This document shows positions 1 through 12,779 of a stretch of 64,000 bases of DNA, piece after piece. How positions within the stretch are numbered: position 1 is the first letter of the stretch; each line of letters opens with the position of its first letter. Origin of the DNA: Takakia lepidozioides (taxonomy: Eukaryota > Plantae > Bryophyta). A program made the translations under genes and the position numbers. The notes beneath the pieces are model-generated. The model was given only the letters and a program-made list of their open reading frames with translations, did no database searches and was not told where the DNA came from. The stretch spans positions 68,820,001 to 68,884,000 of the forward strand of contig CM060731.1 in NCBI GenBank assembly GCA_030704615.1. The letters are read 5' to 3'.

Positions 1-44
1 GCAACAACAAATTTTAGAGTTGCAATGGATCTTCAACCTTACGA

Positions 45-531
45 GTGCCTACTACAACAAATCCTACTGCAATGGTTCCTCCAAATCTTCAACAAATTAC
101 AAATGAACCAAAGGTCAGCATGCCCGAAAAATTTGATGGGACGAGATCAAGATTTCGCGGTTTTGTTCAACAAGTACGATTGTTCCTACGACTACATCCA
201 CAACGCTACCCTGATGAAGGTATTCAAGTGGGATTTGTGGGCACCCTTCTATCAGACACTGCCCTATCTTGGTTTGTACCACTATTAGAGAAAAATTCGC
301 ATTTATTATACAATTTTGAAGCGTTCATATCCGAGTTCACTACGACGTTTGGAGAGAATGATAGAGAGAGAGTTGCAGAGACAAAGATGCGAAATCTTCG
401 ACAAAGAGCATGTCCAGCTTCCGTTTATGCTGCCGAATTTCGACAACTTGCATGCGACCTCGACTGGAATGAGAAGAGTCTTATTAGTCAGTTTCGATGT
501 GGCCTAAAAGAGGATGTAAAAGATTTGTTGC
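45..531 (+). mobile_element. Ty3/Gypsy gag (Retrotrans_gag capsid) fragment, 3'-truncated by a later insertion
   Basis: ORF 45..575 reads PEKFDGTRSRFRGFVQQ...ALSWF...LRQ...VYAAEFRQLACDLDWNEKSLISQFRCGLKEDVKD, a typical retrotransposon gag. Similarity stops at ~531, where TGTCAAG begins. Confidence 0.8.
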
Positions 532-998
532 TGTCAAGTTATTTTACCACTAGTGTGAAGTTAGCTAGGAAATAGCTAACTTTTATATATTGACATTTGG
601 GATTGACCCAAGTGTCAATCCAGGGGCCAATACATGTTTGGGCACCTGACATTGTTATCTTCACGGCAGATCGCGGTGGGCTCATCTTTCTCGAGTTGAG
701 CCTCACCGCATTTAGCTATGGCGCCGTAGTGTGGATTCCCCATGGCGTGGGGTGCACTTGGCTCGACTTAATATATGAGTGATGTTTTCATGTGCAAGTA
801 TGTGAGTTTGAGAGAGCTTGTATGCTTGTATCATTCATTTCCTTATCACTCGAAAAAGATCAGTTCGAGTCTGTGAGTGCCAGGTTCGAGTTGTTTTGTA
901 GCACTCGTGTTTTCATGAGAAGCGGTTCAGCCTAGAGTGCAGGGAGCTGTGCATGAGCCTATCCAAAGCGGATAGAGTGCAAAGGCGAACATGTTGCA
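532..998. mobile_element. Probable first part of an older LTR/leader interrupted by the 999-7921 element (continues at 7927 to ~9900)
   Basis: Starts with TG at the gag breakpoint and is non-coding. The TTGCA TSD shows 532-998 and 7927 onward were once contiguous, and that sequence leads into a gag relic at 9927. No PBS or second LTR identified. Confidence 0.4.
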
Positions 999-1724
999 TG
1001 TCGCGCACCTCACTTCGGTAAGCTCCCCTTCAAGTCATAGTAACTCGCTTTGATGCGCGCGCCTAACTCCCAACCTGGCCGCCGGGCCAACTTGGAGTTC
1101 GGCTGCTCACCGGGGCATAACGGTCCCCCTTTGATCTCCCAAAGAACCCTCCACCGATTTGGGCCCAGCGGGAATTCCCTTTGGTAGTTGGCAATCCGGA
1201 ACAGCTCCCCACTTTTTGGTCGCTTTCCGGCTCGCTCGCTTACTCACTAGTTTTTGGTTACCAACGGGCTTGCACCGTTCTCGGGGTTACTACTCCCTAT
1301 ATATACTTCTGTAACTGTCCGCGGGGGTTTCACAAACAACCATGCCATTTTATGGCGAACCACCACGAAAACCCTCGACTCCCGGTGATGAGTCACGGTG
1401 AGTCTTGGCCCACCCACCACGGCCCCTATGGACCGTGATGAGTCCCAAGACTCCCCACGACTCCCACCACGAGGTCTCCGCCCCAAGGTGAGTCCTATGC
1501 CACCCCCACTAAGTCCCGCTAAGCTACCACCACCCCTTTGTGAAGCCACCCCCACCGCATCCCGGTGTGTAGGGCTCCACCTAGTGAGCACCTCCGCCTC
1601 CTTGAATGCCTTGGGCACTCAAGGGTGCTTCAGCCCCCCGTACATATCGCTGCCACTGCCCCCACCACAGGGGCAGCCCCTCATGTGTCCCGACCCCCTG
1701 CCCTCAAGGCAAAGGGCCGCGACA
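999..1724 (-). repeat. 3' LTR of the chromovirus
   Basis: Direct repeat of 7195-7921, roughly 95% identical by eye. Followed by cacacccct (the purine-rich PPT on the minus strand). Confidence 0.97.
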
Positions 1725-2639
1725 CACACCCCTACCAACAGGGAGTCGATGCCCTCATCGACTTGTCCATTTTGTAGAAACGAACATCTAAGTTGTGGCG
1801 TCCCACATCAAGGAGTTTGTTTCCGTACCATGGTGTCCCATGGCAAAGAACCAAACCCCACACTTGACTCTACTCTCCACTAGCTAGTTCGGCCGACTTC
1901 CTCCAAGTCCCGGCCAGGGGTGGAGCCTCTCAAGCTCCTCCCAGTGCACTCTTCTTGGCCTACTTCAAGGCCAAGGAACGATCCTCCCCGAGGATCGAAT
2001 CGCCTTACTGCAACAACATTGCTTGCGATCGCTCATGATGCCGCTTTTGGCATCACCTTGCGCAAGGATTCACCTCGAACCCCCTTTGACTAGGAAGATA
2101 ACCTTGAACCAACCGTGCGCCCCAATCACTACAATTGGGTCCGTCTTGGAATGCTGGCCTGAGGTACGGGAACACGTCGAAGCCGCACTACGACTTCGTC
2201 CCGAGGCTACACGATTATAGTACGTGAACGGAAGTACGTAGCTTCCGCGTTAGCTCGCACTACAAGGCAACCACCTCGGTAGCGCAGTTATAGTACGCGC
2301 ATGCGCCAGGCGCGCACTAGCACGTGAACTCCCAAAGAAGGCGCATGTTTCCTTGCCCCTTGGATGGGAGTCACCCGATTTTGGCACTGCGCAAACACAC
2401 GATTAACCCAATTTACCTCTCCCACTTTTGTAAGCTAACATGCATTCTACACACTAGCCAACCACACCATGCATCACCATTCCAAACAAAATAGGACGCA
2501 CAACATTTGGAACTCATTTCCTTTATAACAAATTTTTGTATAATACAAGTTTTTGCAATCGGATTCTTGAGCTAGCTAAGCCGGGCTAAGCATGCATTTC
2601 CTCCCCCACGCTCCAAGGTTGATGTCCCCATCAACGCTT

Positions 2640-5600
2640 CTTCCACTTTTGAGGTCGCCCTTCAAAAATTGCAACCGCCTCGGATGCGTTTCCCATTTTT
2701 TAGGCACGCACCCAAGATGCCTCCACATGATGATAGCCCTTCCATTTGACGAGATACTCCGTTTCTCGGTTCTTGAACCTCCTCGACTTAAGTACTGCCT
2801 CCACCTCGTACTCAGGTTCATTTTCATGATCCAACAGCACAGGTGGCGGACGCAACACTTGATGCCGATTCGGACGCGCTTCATCTTTGAAGTAAGGCTT
2901 CAAAAGGGAGATGTGGAATACTGGATGCACCTTGCTGTTTGCCGGCAGCTCCAATTCATACACATCCTCATTCATAACCTTCCGGATGCGAAAGGGTCCC
3001 GCATACGGAGGTACGAACTTTGGACTCACTTCCGGAGGTAGTCGGAAATTTTTGATATTCAACCAGACCTCCGTGCCTGCCTCAAACTTCACTTCCTTCC
3101 GCTTCCGATTCGCCTGCCTTTCATACCGTTTCCTAGCTTTGGCAATGTTGTACTTTGCGAGCTTCAACAAACGCTCGCATTCTTCCAGTACCGCCGCTAC
3201 TGCCGGTTCCTCAACGTCCTGGGCGGCCCAACTTGTCGGCACCAGAGGTGCTTTTCCATAGACCAATACGAAAGGGGAAACTCCCGTTGCGGAGTGTTCT
3301 GTGTTATTATAACAAAACTCTACCGCGTCTAAGTGTTCCACCCAGTCTGATTGGTCTGCCGACACGTAATTCCGCAAGATCTGCTTCACTACGGAATTCA
3401 CTCTTTCCGTTTGGCCGTCGGTCGTAGGTCGGAAGGCGGTGCTCATCTTCAGCCTCGTCCCCATCTTCTTCCAAAGTGTCCTCCAAAATTTACTCGTAAA
3501 CTTTGAATCGCGGTCCAAGACAATATCCTTCGGGACTCCATGATGCTTTAAGACGTGGGCGAAGTAAAGTCGCCCTGTCTCTTGCGCCGTTGTCGTCTCC
3601 TTGGTGGGGATGAAATGGCCCATTTTACTGAACCTATCCACCACCACCATGATTGCATCAAATCCTTTTGACAGCGGCATAACAGTCATGAAATCCATCG
3701 AGACGCTTTCCCAAGTCCCCTCTGGAATCGGCAAGGGTTGTAACAGCCCCGCTTGCTTTTTGTACTCGCTCCGGTTTTGTTGGCATGTGGTGCATGTCTT
3801 GATATACTCCTCTGCCTCCTCCCTCAGTTTGGGCCAGAAATACTCTTTCTTCAAGAGTGCCGCAGTGCGCTTGGCTCCGCCGTGGCCCGCAAGCGGGCTA
3901 TCATGGCATTCTCTCAAGATATTATCTCTGATCCCTCCCTTCGGCATGTAGAGACGCTTTTGCTTATACCGGAGCAGTCCATTTTGCAAGTGGAACTGCG
4001 ATTTAACCCCCCTCCTCAAGTCCTGCATCACGGACTTCGCCAGCTCATCCTTCCGGCAAGCCTTCCAGATCTTCCTTTGGACTGCCGTCTCGCCCCTGTA
4101 CACCAACATGAGCTGCTGTTTTCTACTTAAAGCATCGGCCACCACATTGTCACGTCCCGGTTTGTACTGGATATCCACGTCAAACACTGCCAAAGTATCT
4201 TGCCACCTAAGTTGTTTTGGGGACAACTTGCGTGGCAAAATACTTCACCGTAACATTGTCCGTGAACACCTTCACTGGGTTGGAACCAACATAGTGGCAC
4301 CAAAGCTCAAGGCAATGCACCACCGCCTTCATCTTTTTTTCGTGCGTCGGCCACCGTCGCTCCACTTCATTTAGTTTCTTACTTTTGTAAGCCACTGGAC
4401 GTCCATCTTGCATAAGTACACCCCCAATCGCGAAGTTCGACGCATCCGTATGAATCTCGAACGGACGATCGAACTCCGAGATTTTCAAGACTGGAGCTTC
4501 CGCCATCCGCTGCTTCAATTCAGCAAAAGCTTGGCCACAAAAGGTGTTCCAAACCCAGACTTTGGATTTACACAGAAGGTCCGACAGCGCCCCGCGATCT
4601 TGGCGAAATTTCTCACATACTTCCGGTAATAGGAGGCGAGTCCTAGGAAGGATCGCACTCCCAGGACCGAAGTCGGAGGCTCCCAGTCCAAGATCGCCCT
4701 CACCTTTCTATCATCCATTTTGATCCCATCCTGTGTAATCACATGCCCCAAGAACTCCACTTTCGTGACCCCGAATTCGCACTTTGAAGCTTTGGCGTAT
4801 AGCTTCCCTTCCCGCAATTTTTGGAACATCCTTTTCAGGTGCTCCAGGTGCTCCTCCTTTGTTTTCGAGTACACCAAGATGTCGTCGATGTACACGATCA
4901 CAAAGTCATCCAACCACTCCTGAAAAAGGCTGTTCATCAGCGTGCTAAATGTCGCTGGTGCATTGGTGAGCCCAAAAAGCATCACCAAGAACTCATATGA
5001 ACCATACCTTGTCCTGCACGCGGTCTTCTCCTCATCTCCTTCTGCCACCCGAATTTGATGATAGCCGGAGCGCAAGTTGATCCGGCTGAAATACTTCGCT
5101 CCTGCCAACCGATCGAAGAGGTCGTCGATCCTTGGCAAAGGGTACCGGTTTTTTATAGTCACCTTATTCAGAACCCTGTAATCGACACACATCCGCAGCG
5201 TTCCATCCTTTTTATCTGCAAATAGCACCGGGGCTCCGTAAGGTGACTTACTCGGCCGGATGTACCCCTTTGACATTAGATCTTTGAGCTGAGTCTTCAG
5301 CTCGACCAACTCTCTGTGGCTCAACCGGTAGGGCGCCTTGGCAAGCGGTTCCGATCCCGGTATCACCTCAATCTTGTGGTCAACTCCTCTTCGCAGTGGC
5401 AAACCGCTTGGTAAATCCTCCGGCATCACATCCTGGTATTTCTCCAAAATCCCCTTGATCCAATCTGGGCTCGGCTCCCCATCGCCTTCCCCCTTCACTT
5501 CTCTATTGTAGAGCAAAAACTGGGGTTCGTGTGCCTCCTCCACGGCCAACTCCCTTGCTGACAGAAGGCTTATTCGCCCTCCCACCGGTTTGGGCGTTTC

Positions 5601-5935
5601 TGACACTCGTAAGACCTCGCCACCATTCCCACATGGCAGTGTGACTACTCTCTTGCGGCCATCTATGACCGCTCCGGATTTGCTCAAAAAGGTCATCCCT
5701 AAAATGAGATCCACTCCATCGATCTCGCAGATGGTGAAGTTCTCACGTCTCTCCCAACTCCCCAGTTGAAGAAGAACATCAAATGCCAACCTTGTCACCA
5801 GTTGTGGTTCTCATTTGGCAGAACGCACCTCAATAGAGGCCCCCACGTCACTTGTCGGGAGTCCCAACTTTTGCGCCGCCGCCGGCGTCATGAAGGAGTG
5901 CGACGCTCCTGTGTCCACCAACAACGATACATTAG
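2640..5935 (-). pseudogene. Chromovirus pol: protease, RT, RNase H, integrase, chromodomain (frameshifted)
   Basis: LLVDTGASHSF (PR, ~5900); YPLPRIDDL / [13 protein letters not shown] / [10 protein letters not shown] (RT); HTDASNFAIGGVL (RH); HDSPLAGHGG, SMDF, DGQTERVN, GPF (INT); YEVEAVL...YLVKWKGY (chromodomain). Split over several ORFs. Confidence 0.95.
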
Positions 5936-6105
5936 TTCGGATATTATCCCATCCACAAACAATAACTAACTCTCTTTACATATGGCGCCAGTTTCCTGAT
6001 ACAACTCACAATAATAGTTGCCTACCTTGCAAGTCATGGCGACCACCGCTTCTACCAAGCGACTGATGGTATCTTCCGACAGCTCCGTGGTTGCCCGAGT
6101 CATGT

Positions 6106-7139
6106 TCAATTGTCGAGGTTTTGTGCACTTCTTGGCCATGTGCCCGGGCTCCCCGTAATTGAAACACACTCCATCAAAGGTGGTCTTCTGTCCGCCATAA
6201 GCCGCTCCACCCGCTTTTCCTTTCGAAGCACCGGGTACCGCCTTGACGTGTGAAGGCCCTCCCTTCGATTTCCACGTGCCATTGTCGCCGCGTGGCCTAT
6301 CCCACTTCTTTTCCGGTCGGAGGGGTCACCTTCCCGCCGGGTCTTCTTGTGGTTCAGCTCCGTACGGCCTTGTCTTTCACCCCTAGGGACATCCGAGAAA
6401 TATTCAGCCCTCTCAATTGCCTCATTCAAAGTCTTAGGTGGCTTGTCCTCCAACTTCCGCCTGGCCCATGAGGCCAGTCCCGTCACAAAGTTGAAGACCA
6501 TTTCTGGTTCTGCCATGTCCGCGACTTCGAGCAAAAGCACATTGAAAGCCTGGACATATCCCCGAATGTCATCTGTTTGCTTCAAATTTCTCATCTTGTC
6601 CCGGGCAAGCCAGGACGCGTTGAGGGGCACAAACTGTCTCTTCATCAATTCCTTGAATCCACTCCAGTTCAAGGTTTCCGGGCTTGGACCTCGGTCGTGA
6701 AGGTTTTTCTGCCACCATTGTTGAGCATAGCCCCTCAAATAGGTGGGAGCCACTTCCACCCGATCCTCGTCACTCAACTTGCCTTCCGATTTCGGACGCC
6801 CTCGAAGGTGTCGGGTTCCTTAGGCTTCACCTTAAACTTTGCCTTAGTGGAAGTGGCATTAGCCGCCTTCAACACGTCTTTCAGCATCCCGCCAAACTGC
6901 GCCAACAACCCTTCCCAAAAGGCTGCCGGCATGGGAGGCATCTGTTGGTCGGTCGGAGCTCTTAGGGATTCCTCGGGCTCCGACTCCTCGGATTCCTCCC
7001 GCTCTTGAGCGGCCTCGTTTTCGAAAACATGCATCGCTTCCTCAAACGGCCGCCTCGGTGACACGTTGCCCCCATCGGGCTCACCAGGATCATCATCTTT
7101 TGGGCCGTTCCGCTTTCGTTTTGGCTTGCCCGACCCCAT
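6106..7139 (-). pseudogene. Chromovirus gag, broken by an internal deletion and frameshifts
   Basis: ORFs 6774..7193 (KPKEPDTFEGVRN) and 6106..6777 (YLRGYAQQWW...LKQTDDIRGYVQAF...FVTGL); degenerate Zn knuckle CFNYGEPGHMAKKC near 6120-6166. Confidence 0.9.
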
Positions 7140-7180
7140 GATGAGGCCAATCCCAAGGACGATCACGTACTGAACTCTAA

Positions 7181-7192
7181 GCTCTGATACCA
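7181..7192 (-). promoter_or_regulatory. Primer binding site complementary to tRNA-iMet 3' end
   Basis: gctctgatacca = TGGTATCAGAGC on the minus strand, 2 nt from the 5' LTR. Confidence 0.95.
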
Positions 7193-7194
7193 AG

Positions 7195-7921
7195 TATCGC
7201 GCACCTCACTTCGGTAAGCTCCCCTTCAAGTCATAGTTACTCGCTTTGATGCGCGCGCCTAACTTTCAACCTGGCCGCCGAGCCAACTTGGAGCTTCGGC
7301 TGCTCACCGGGGCATAACGGTCCCCCTTTTATCTCCCAAAGAACCCTCCACCGATTTGGGCCCAGCGGGAATTCTTTTTGGTAGTTGGTAGTCCGGAACA
7401 GCTCCCCACTCTTTGGTCGCTTTCCGGCTCGCTCGCTTACTCACTAGTTTTTGGTCACCAACGGGCTTGCACTATTCTCGGGGTTACTACTCCTTATATA
7501 TACTTCTGTAGCTGTCCGCAGGGGTTTCACAAACAACCATACCATTTTATGGCGAACCACCACGAAAACCCTCGACTCCCGGTGATGAGTCGCGGTGAGT
7601 CTTGGCCCACCCATCACGGCCCCTATGGACCGTGATGAGTCCCAAGACTCCCCACGACTCCCACCACGAGGTCTCCGCCCCAAGGTGAGTCCTATGCCAC
7701 CCCCACTAAGTCCCGCTAAGCTACCACTACCCCTTTGTGAAGCCACCCCCACCGCATCCCGGTGTGCGGGGCTCCACCTAGTGAGCACCTCCGCCTCCTT
7801 GAGTGCCTTGGGCACTCAAGAGTGCTTCAGCCCCCCGTACCTATCGATGCCACTGCCCCCACCACAGGGGCAGCCCCTCATGTGTCCCGACCCCCTGCCC
7901 GCAAGGCAAAGGGCCGCGACA
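7195..7921 (-). repeat. 5' LTR of the chromovirus
   Basis: Direct repeat of 999-1724. One terminus is mutated (TATCGCG instead of TGTCGCG). Confidence 0.97.
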
Positions 7922-9926
7922 TTGCAGGTTTGCCATGGATAGAGAGGCGGGTAGCGTATGTTGAAGAGCGGCGTCGCATAGCTCAACGCTATGGCAACCA
8001 AGTTTGGGCTTCTAGTGTGAAGCGGAGGAGATGCTGGCCACGAGTGGGTGAACTGGTGGTCGTCTTCTTCAGCTGCAGGCCGAGTTAAGGAGCTGCAGAA
8101 ATGTGGGCTGCGCATGGACATCTAGTATGTTGCAGGTTGGAGATGACATGATGAGCTCCAGGTATTTCTGCCCGAAACTAGTTGTTGCGGATAGATGAGG
8201 AGCAGCCGAATGGTGGAGCTGCGAGGGGATGCATCGCAGCCCGTTGGGAGCTTCAGCTCCAAGCTCATGAAGAGGTATGAGTGAAGAGAGGGGGCTGGTC
8301 CCTCTTGTGTGCAAATCAGTGCACTTGTGAAATATGTGTTGAGTTGGAGTTTCAATCTGAAACTCAGCAGTGTAAGGGTTCTTGGAGTGGCAAGAGCGGG
8401 GTTGGAAGGCCAGCAGTGAGGCGTCCTAGAGCCAGGGGATGTGCAGTAGAACTGCAGGTACACCAAGGTTGTAAAGGTGTGTATTTTCAGATTTGTTTTT
8501 GTAAGCTTCATGGAGAAAATGGAGCTTGTTGGGCAGCATATGGCTTGCTTGTTGAGCTAGGGGCACTTCTAGTGGGCTGTGAGAGCTCAGGAGTGCAGGG
8601 CGATGGGGCTGATGGCTCCGCAAAAGCCATAGCTCGTCGGCAGTAGGTGCTGGAGCAAACCCCAGCTCGGGAAGAGCTCGGGAACGCGTGGAAACGTCTC
8701 GGGAACTCATGGGAACTCGTTGGGAGTTCCAGGGAACGCAGAGAATAGTGGCCGTGATGGGCCGTTGGGGCGGTATCACGAGATACCACGAGCCCAGGTC
8801 GTGATGGTTGACCGTGACTGTTGACTGTGACCATTGGAAGTCGTGGTGCGGACACAACGGGTGGGCACGGTGACCAGATCGTGGGGATGGCGGGCCGTGA
8901 AGGCTCGTGGGAGTGGTACCACGGGGTATCACTGGGCAGCCCGTGGCCAACGAGCGCCTAGGACTGTGAGGAGTAGCGGCGGTTAGAGCCACGGAAGGCC
9001 GCGAACAGTTAGAGTGAAAATAAATAAATAAATAAAATGGATTACTTCCCTGCAGGTAATCTTTTCGGGTTTTCCGCCCAGTTCTTAACTATAGGGGGAG
9101 ATCAGCCTGCAGGTAATTCCTTTGGACAGAATGTTGTTGGGGCCTATATGTACCTCTATTTGCTCCATTTTTTAACCTTCAGCGAATGGTGTGGTTTCCT
9201 GAGGTGGTTCCATTCGGAGGAATGGTTGGTGGACGTAAGGAGGCACTGGCGGACCCTGTGGAGGCTTGCATGGGGCCTTGGAGGCCAAGTTTCATGAGCT
9301 CGTGGAAGGCGGTTTGAGGAGTGTCTACAGGATGCTCTCATGGTTATGCAAATGAGAGAAGAGAGGAAAAAAAAAAAAGGTGTTGGGATGAGAGCATGCT
9401 GGGGATAGGCATTGCTTTAGTTTCCCTTCCTCGTAGCTTTCCACCTTCTCTGTAGGCCGAGACCTTTCCGTAGGTGGAGGCAAGAGTTAGTCCGGGTTTG
9501 GGCTGGGAGCGACACTATGGAGAGATTTTTAGTGTGGGGGAGTTGTTGTTTTCATTCTTATGTTTGGATCCCCTCCACACCTGCATGCTTGATTGTGTGC
9601 CATACTAGTTTTGTGTGGGCGCTTGATTTTATAAGTGGTTGACTCGGGCTTGATCGCCGATCCAATCCTAGAGCATGCTGTCGAAGGTGAGGCTGGGTTG
9701 ATGACAAGTCAGACCATCTTTGTTTCTCCTGTGGTGAGGTTGGAGGTGATGACCAGCCAACCATAGGAGTGCATGCGGTGGATGCAGGTGCAGGTGCAGG
9801 TGCAGGCTATGTTAGGGACCTAGTATTCCACCATAAGCCGCATCAGGATCTCTACCCGGATACCTTGTGGAGAGGGGGTTAGAGACATGTTCATGACCGG
9901 TTGAGTGTCAGTTTGTCAACACGGAG

Positions 9927-10293
9927 GTGCCACTAGTTGCTGGGGAAAGTGCCGGTACGAGCACTAGCGATACTAGCGGGTATACGAGACGAGGTGTGCG
10001 GTTTAGGCCACCTTCACCTCCTGTGTCTTCTACGGAAGGTTCTGATTCAGATTGTGAATCCGGAGGACTCACACCGACGGTGCAAGTTATTTCTTTGCCA
10101 TTGTTGTGGGACACGATGGAGGAGATGTATGGAGCCACGAAGGTACTCTAGGGCGGTGGGCACCATTGAGTTGGATGATTTTATCCAAGAGTTTGATAGT
10201 TGGTGTGACTTTGCAGCAAATGCGCAATCCACAACTGTTTACGCCTTTTATGGCATGGAAGGGGTTGTTTCAGCACCTTGAGGGGCCGCCCAT
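9927..10293 (+). mobile_element. Degenerate gag N-terminal relic of an older LTR retrotransposon
   Basis: Frameshifted pieces YSRAVGTIELDDFIQEFDSWCD and LQQMRNPQLFTPFMAWKGLFQHLEGPPM resemble the start of a retrotransposon gag; truncated at ~10293. Confidence 0.55.
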
Positions 10294-10442
10294 GGGTGGG
10301 AAATTGTGTTAATAAGGTGTCCACTTCAAGAAAGTTTGCTTGCTGGCAGAGTTGCCTTCATTATCTCGTGGTTCAAACTTTTGAGTGTTCCATCCATATG
10401 CGCTAACCGGTTGGAGAGTGGGTGACGGTATGCGCATTTCAG

Positions 10443-11725
10443 GTTCTGGCTACACGCTATGGCAGGTGCGGGCACCTGATGAGAGTGGGGAAATCACAAA
10501 AGCTTACACTTCAGATTTACAAGCCCATGGTCGGGATATTCGAAAAGTGTGTGTCTTAAAGCGAATTGAGGGCATGGAAGAGCTACAGAAATTAAGGAGA
10601 GTTATAGAGGGCACTGATCATGATGGGATTCGCGAAAGTAGAGCCCATGACCGGGTACCTCTCACCAGTTGGATTGATTCGAGTGGCCGTGTTTTGCTCA
10701 TTGGAGATGGTACTATGTCAAACACACTTTCTCCCAGTGTCCGATTGGTTTGCCGATCCCTGAAAACAAAAAGAAAAGAGAGAGGCCTTTCATCACTGGT
10801 CTGTGGATTGCTTCCTGTTTCTCAGAATTGATCTTTTTTATGTTGGAGCAAACTGGGAGTGTCTCTAGTACTGGATGCTAATCAATCAATGGTTGGCAGC
10901 TAATGCGTCTCAGCATACACCTCTTCTCAAGCAGGATGTAGTTCGTTTCTACAGTACCCTTTGGTTGTGTCTTGTCCTCAATGTTTTCCTAAATGGAGAA
11001 GGCTATGGCTGATTTCAATCCTTTTATCCAGAACTAAAGATTCATGTAGCTTTTTTGACTTCTTGTTTCACACTCAGCAGCTGTCTTTCTTTGCTTGGAC
11101 TTCTCATACAAAATTATACCTCATCTTCATGTGTGCAGCTGCACGTAGGAAGTTTCCTGGCCCCGCAGAAGGTGCCCGGACAGCCTTTGAAGATGCACAT
11201 CAGCTTTCCATGGTTCTCCGTCAAGCTCTTTCCCAGCTCCAACCCTGAAGCTGCTTTGATGGACGCCCTGAAAAGGTTATATCAATCTGAAACATTGAAA
11301 AGTTGTCGACTCTGTCCTTGATGTTGCACAAAAGACTCAAGGATTTATGTACAAAAAAACTGAAGTCGTAGCTTGCTTGCATCAAAAGTAGTGGGATAAG
11401 AGGGAGTGAAGACCTCAAATATCATTTCGTCCGGAACTGTTGGAATGGTCTATCACAATTCGTTTTCTTCTACATATTTTCATTTTACCTACATGTGTTC
11501 AGATTTGAGGAGATACGCATACCACGGTGTGAGAGGATCCAATCTTATGCAGCCGAAACTACGCAATGGCCAAAATTTATCCCGGAGTGGGTGCAGAACT
11601 TGTCTCCAGAAGAGAAGCGCAAGAGGTTCGAAGAGTTCAGTAGGTGGACCAGAAAGTACCCAGCCGCCATAACGGGAGATCCGGAGTCTACCTACTGGAA
11701 GCCAATATCATCTATTGTAGCTTGA
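10443..11725 (+). pseudogene. 3' half of an FAD-dependent monooxygenase gene (exons ~10443-10709, 11139-11275, 11503-11725); 5'-truncated, frameshift near 11230
   Basis: Spliced reading gives W..GRVLLIGD/AARRKFPGPAEGARTAFEDAHQL (GD motif of flavoprotein hydroxylases, normally GDAAH..P..GQG...AxEDA) then FEEIRIPRCERIQ. GT/AG junctions are present. Confidence 0.8.
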
Positions 11726-11829
11726 AATTTTGTTCTCAACCAAACATGCACTTGTGGATGTGGGTTTGAAGAACAGTGAATTGAGAGTGTAGCGGCTGCC
11801 CTTGTGGGTGACGGCTTGACCAAGAGGAG

Positions 11830-12530
11830 CTATTTGGAGCCATCCAAGATTTAGTTACACATTCAACTTACCCCAAGACTTCCGTTGTATTTATGTAGGT
11901 GTCACCCCCCTAATTTCAAATCATGGTGGAATGGGTGTTAGTGGCCCACCCGCCATCCAAATGTTGTACACCATGGCCCTGGTGATAGCTCTGAAGGATA
12001 GTGCATGGATGTTGTCGAGGTCAAGCAACTATTTGTATATGGATTTTGACTTGAGAAAATATAATCTGAAGTAAGAATGTTATCACTCTCCTTGAATTGT
12101 TGTCTACCTCTTCCACGTCATTGGTCGAGCGAGCAGCAAGGCATCATATGTGTGAATCTCCTTAGTATTCTTAGTATTCAGACCTGATGTAAGGGACGGG
12201 ATGTTGAGCACTCACCAATTACTATGGAGTACTGGATAGAGTTCAAGAGAAGTATTATGGGGACTTAGCATGCCCCAACAGGAGTGGTGAGGATAGCCTT
12301 TGCAACTGGCAACATCAGGTTGGTTGCCTTTGGAGGAGAAAATCCTGTCCCTCCCTTTCGATGTCTCTGGAGTTCATTCATGAGCGTAGTCAGGTTTAAA
12401 TCCAGTATCTCCACGCTGAAAGGGGACTCACGTCCTCCTGCCACCAAGAGTGGCCCGCATACACCAATACCTCACAATCCAACTATGTGCCATATCTCCC
12501 CAGGATGTTTGCTTCCTTCATCAGTTTTGC
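11830..12530 (-). pseudogene. Highly degenerate protein kinase relic
   Basis: Ordered remnants across frames: KEANILGR..IVRYWC (III-IV), EILDLNLTTLM...FSPPKATNLMLPVAKAI (V-VIa), LSPHN (VIb-like), VKI, and WMAP (VIII). Confidence 0.45.
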
Positions 12531-12779
12531 ATCAATGCAAGCAGAGTTGGGCAACAGAATGAATGGTGTTTAAGTGTAGAAGACTGGGATTTCTACGAAT
12601 ATACTATACTACAAGGACAGCCTGAGTCTTCAAAAATCAAATTATTTCAGCTTAGCACACTGATTCTGCAGTAAGTGCCACCAAGAAAATTTACTCCTGC
12701 ACAGCATTGATGATTGCATGCGTGGCACATTGGTTTCCAACATTTTCAATAAAGATTGAAGCTACCGGTGGGGGTCTCT

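Larger units (their letters stand above)
999..7921 (-). mobile_element. Full-length, degenerate Ty3/Gypsy chromovirus LTR retrotransposon (Galadriel-like)
   Basis: Two ~726-bp LTRs with TGTCGCG...CGCGACA termini; 5-bp TSD TTGCA at 994-998 and 7922-7926; PBS and PPT present; gag-PR-RT-RH-INT-chromodomain order on the minus strand. Confidence 0.97.

Noticed and set aside
1247-1618. 123-aa ORF present in both LTRs (also 7444-7815)
   Set aside because: Conservation is explained by LTR identity; GC-rich sequence with overlapping ORFs in several frames and no recognisable motif.
7927-9000. Long ORFs (up to 188 aa) in GC-rich sequence right of the chromovirus
   Set aside because: Low-complexity, repeat-derived translations overlapping on both strands; consistent with non-coding LTR/leader DNA.
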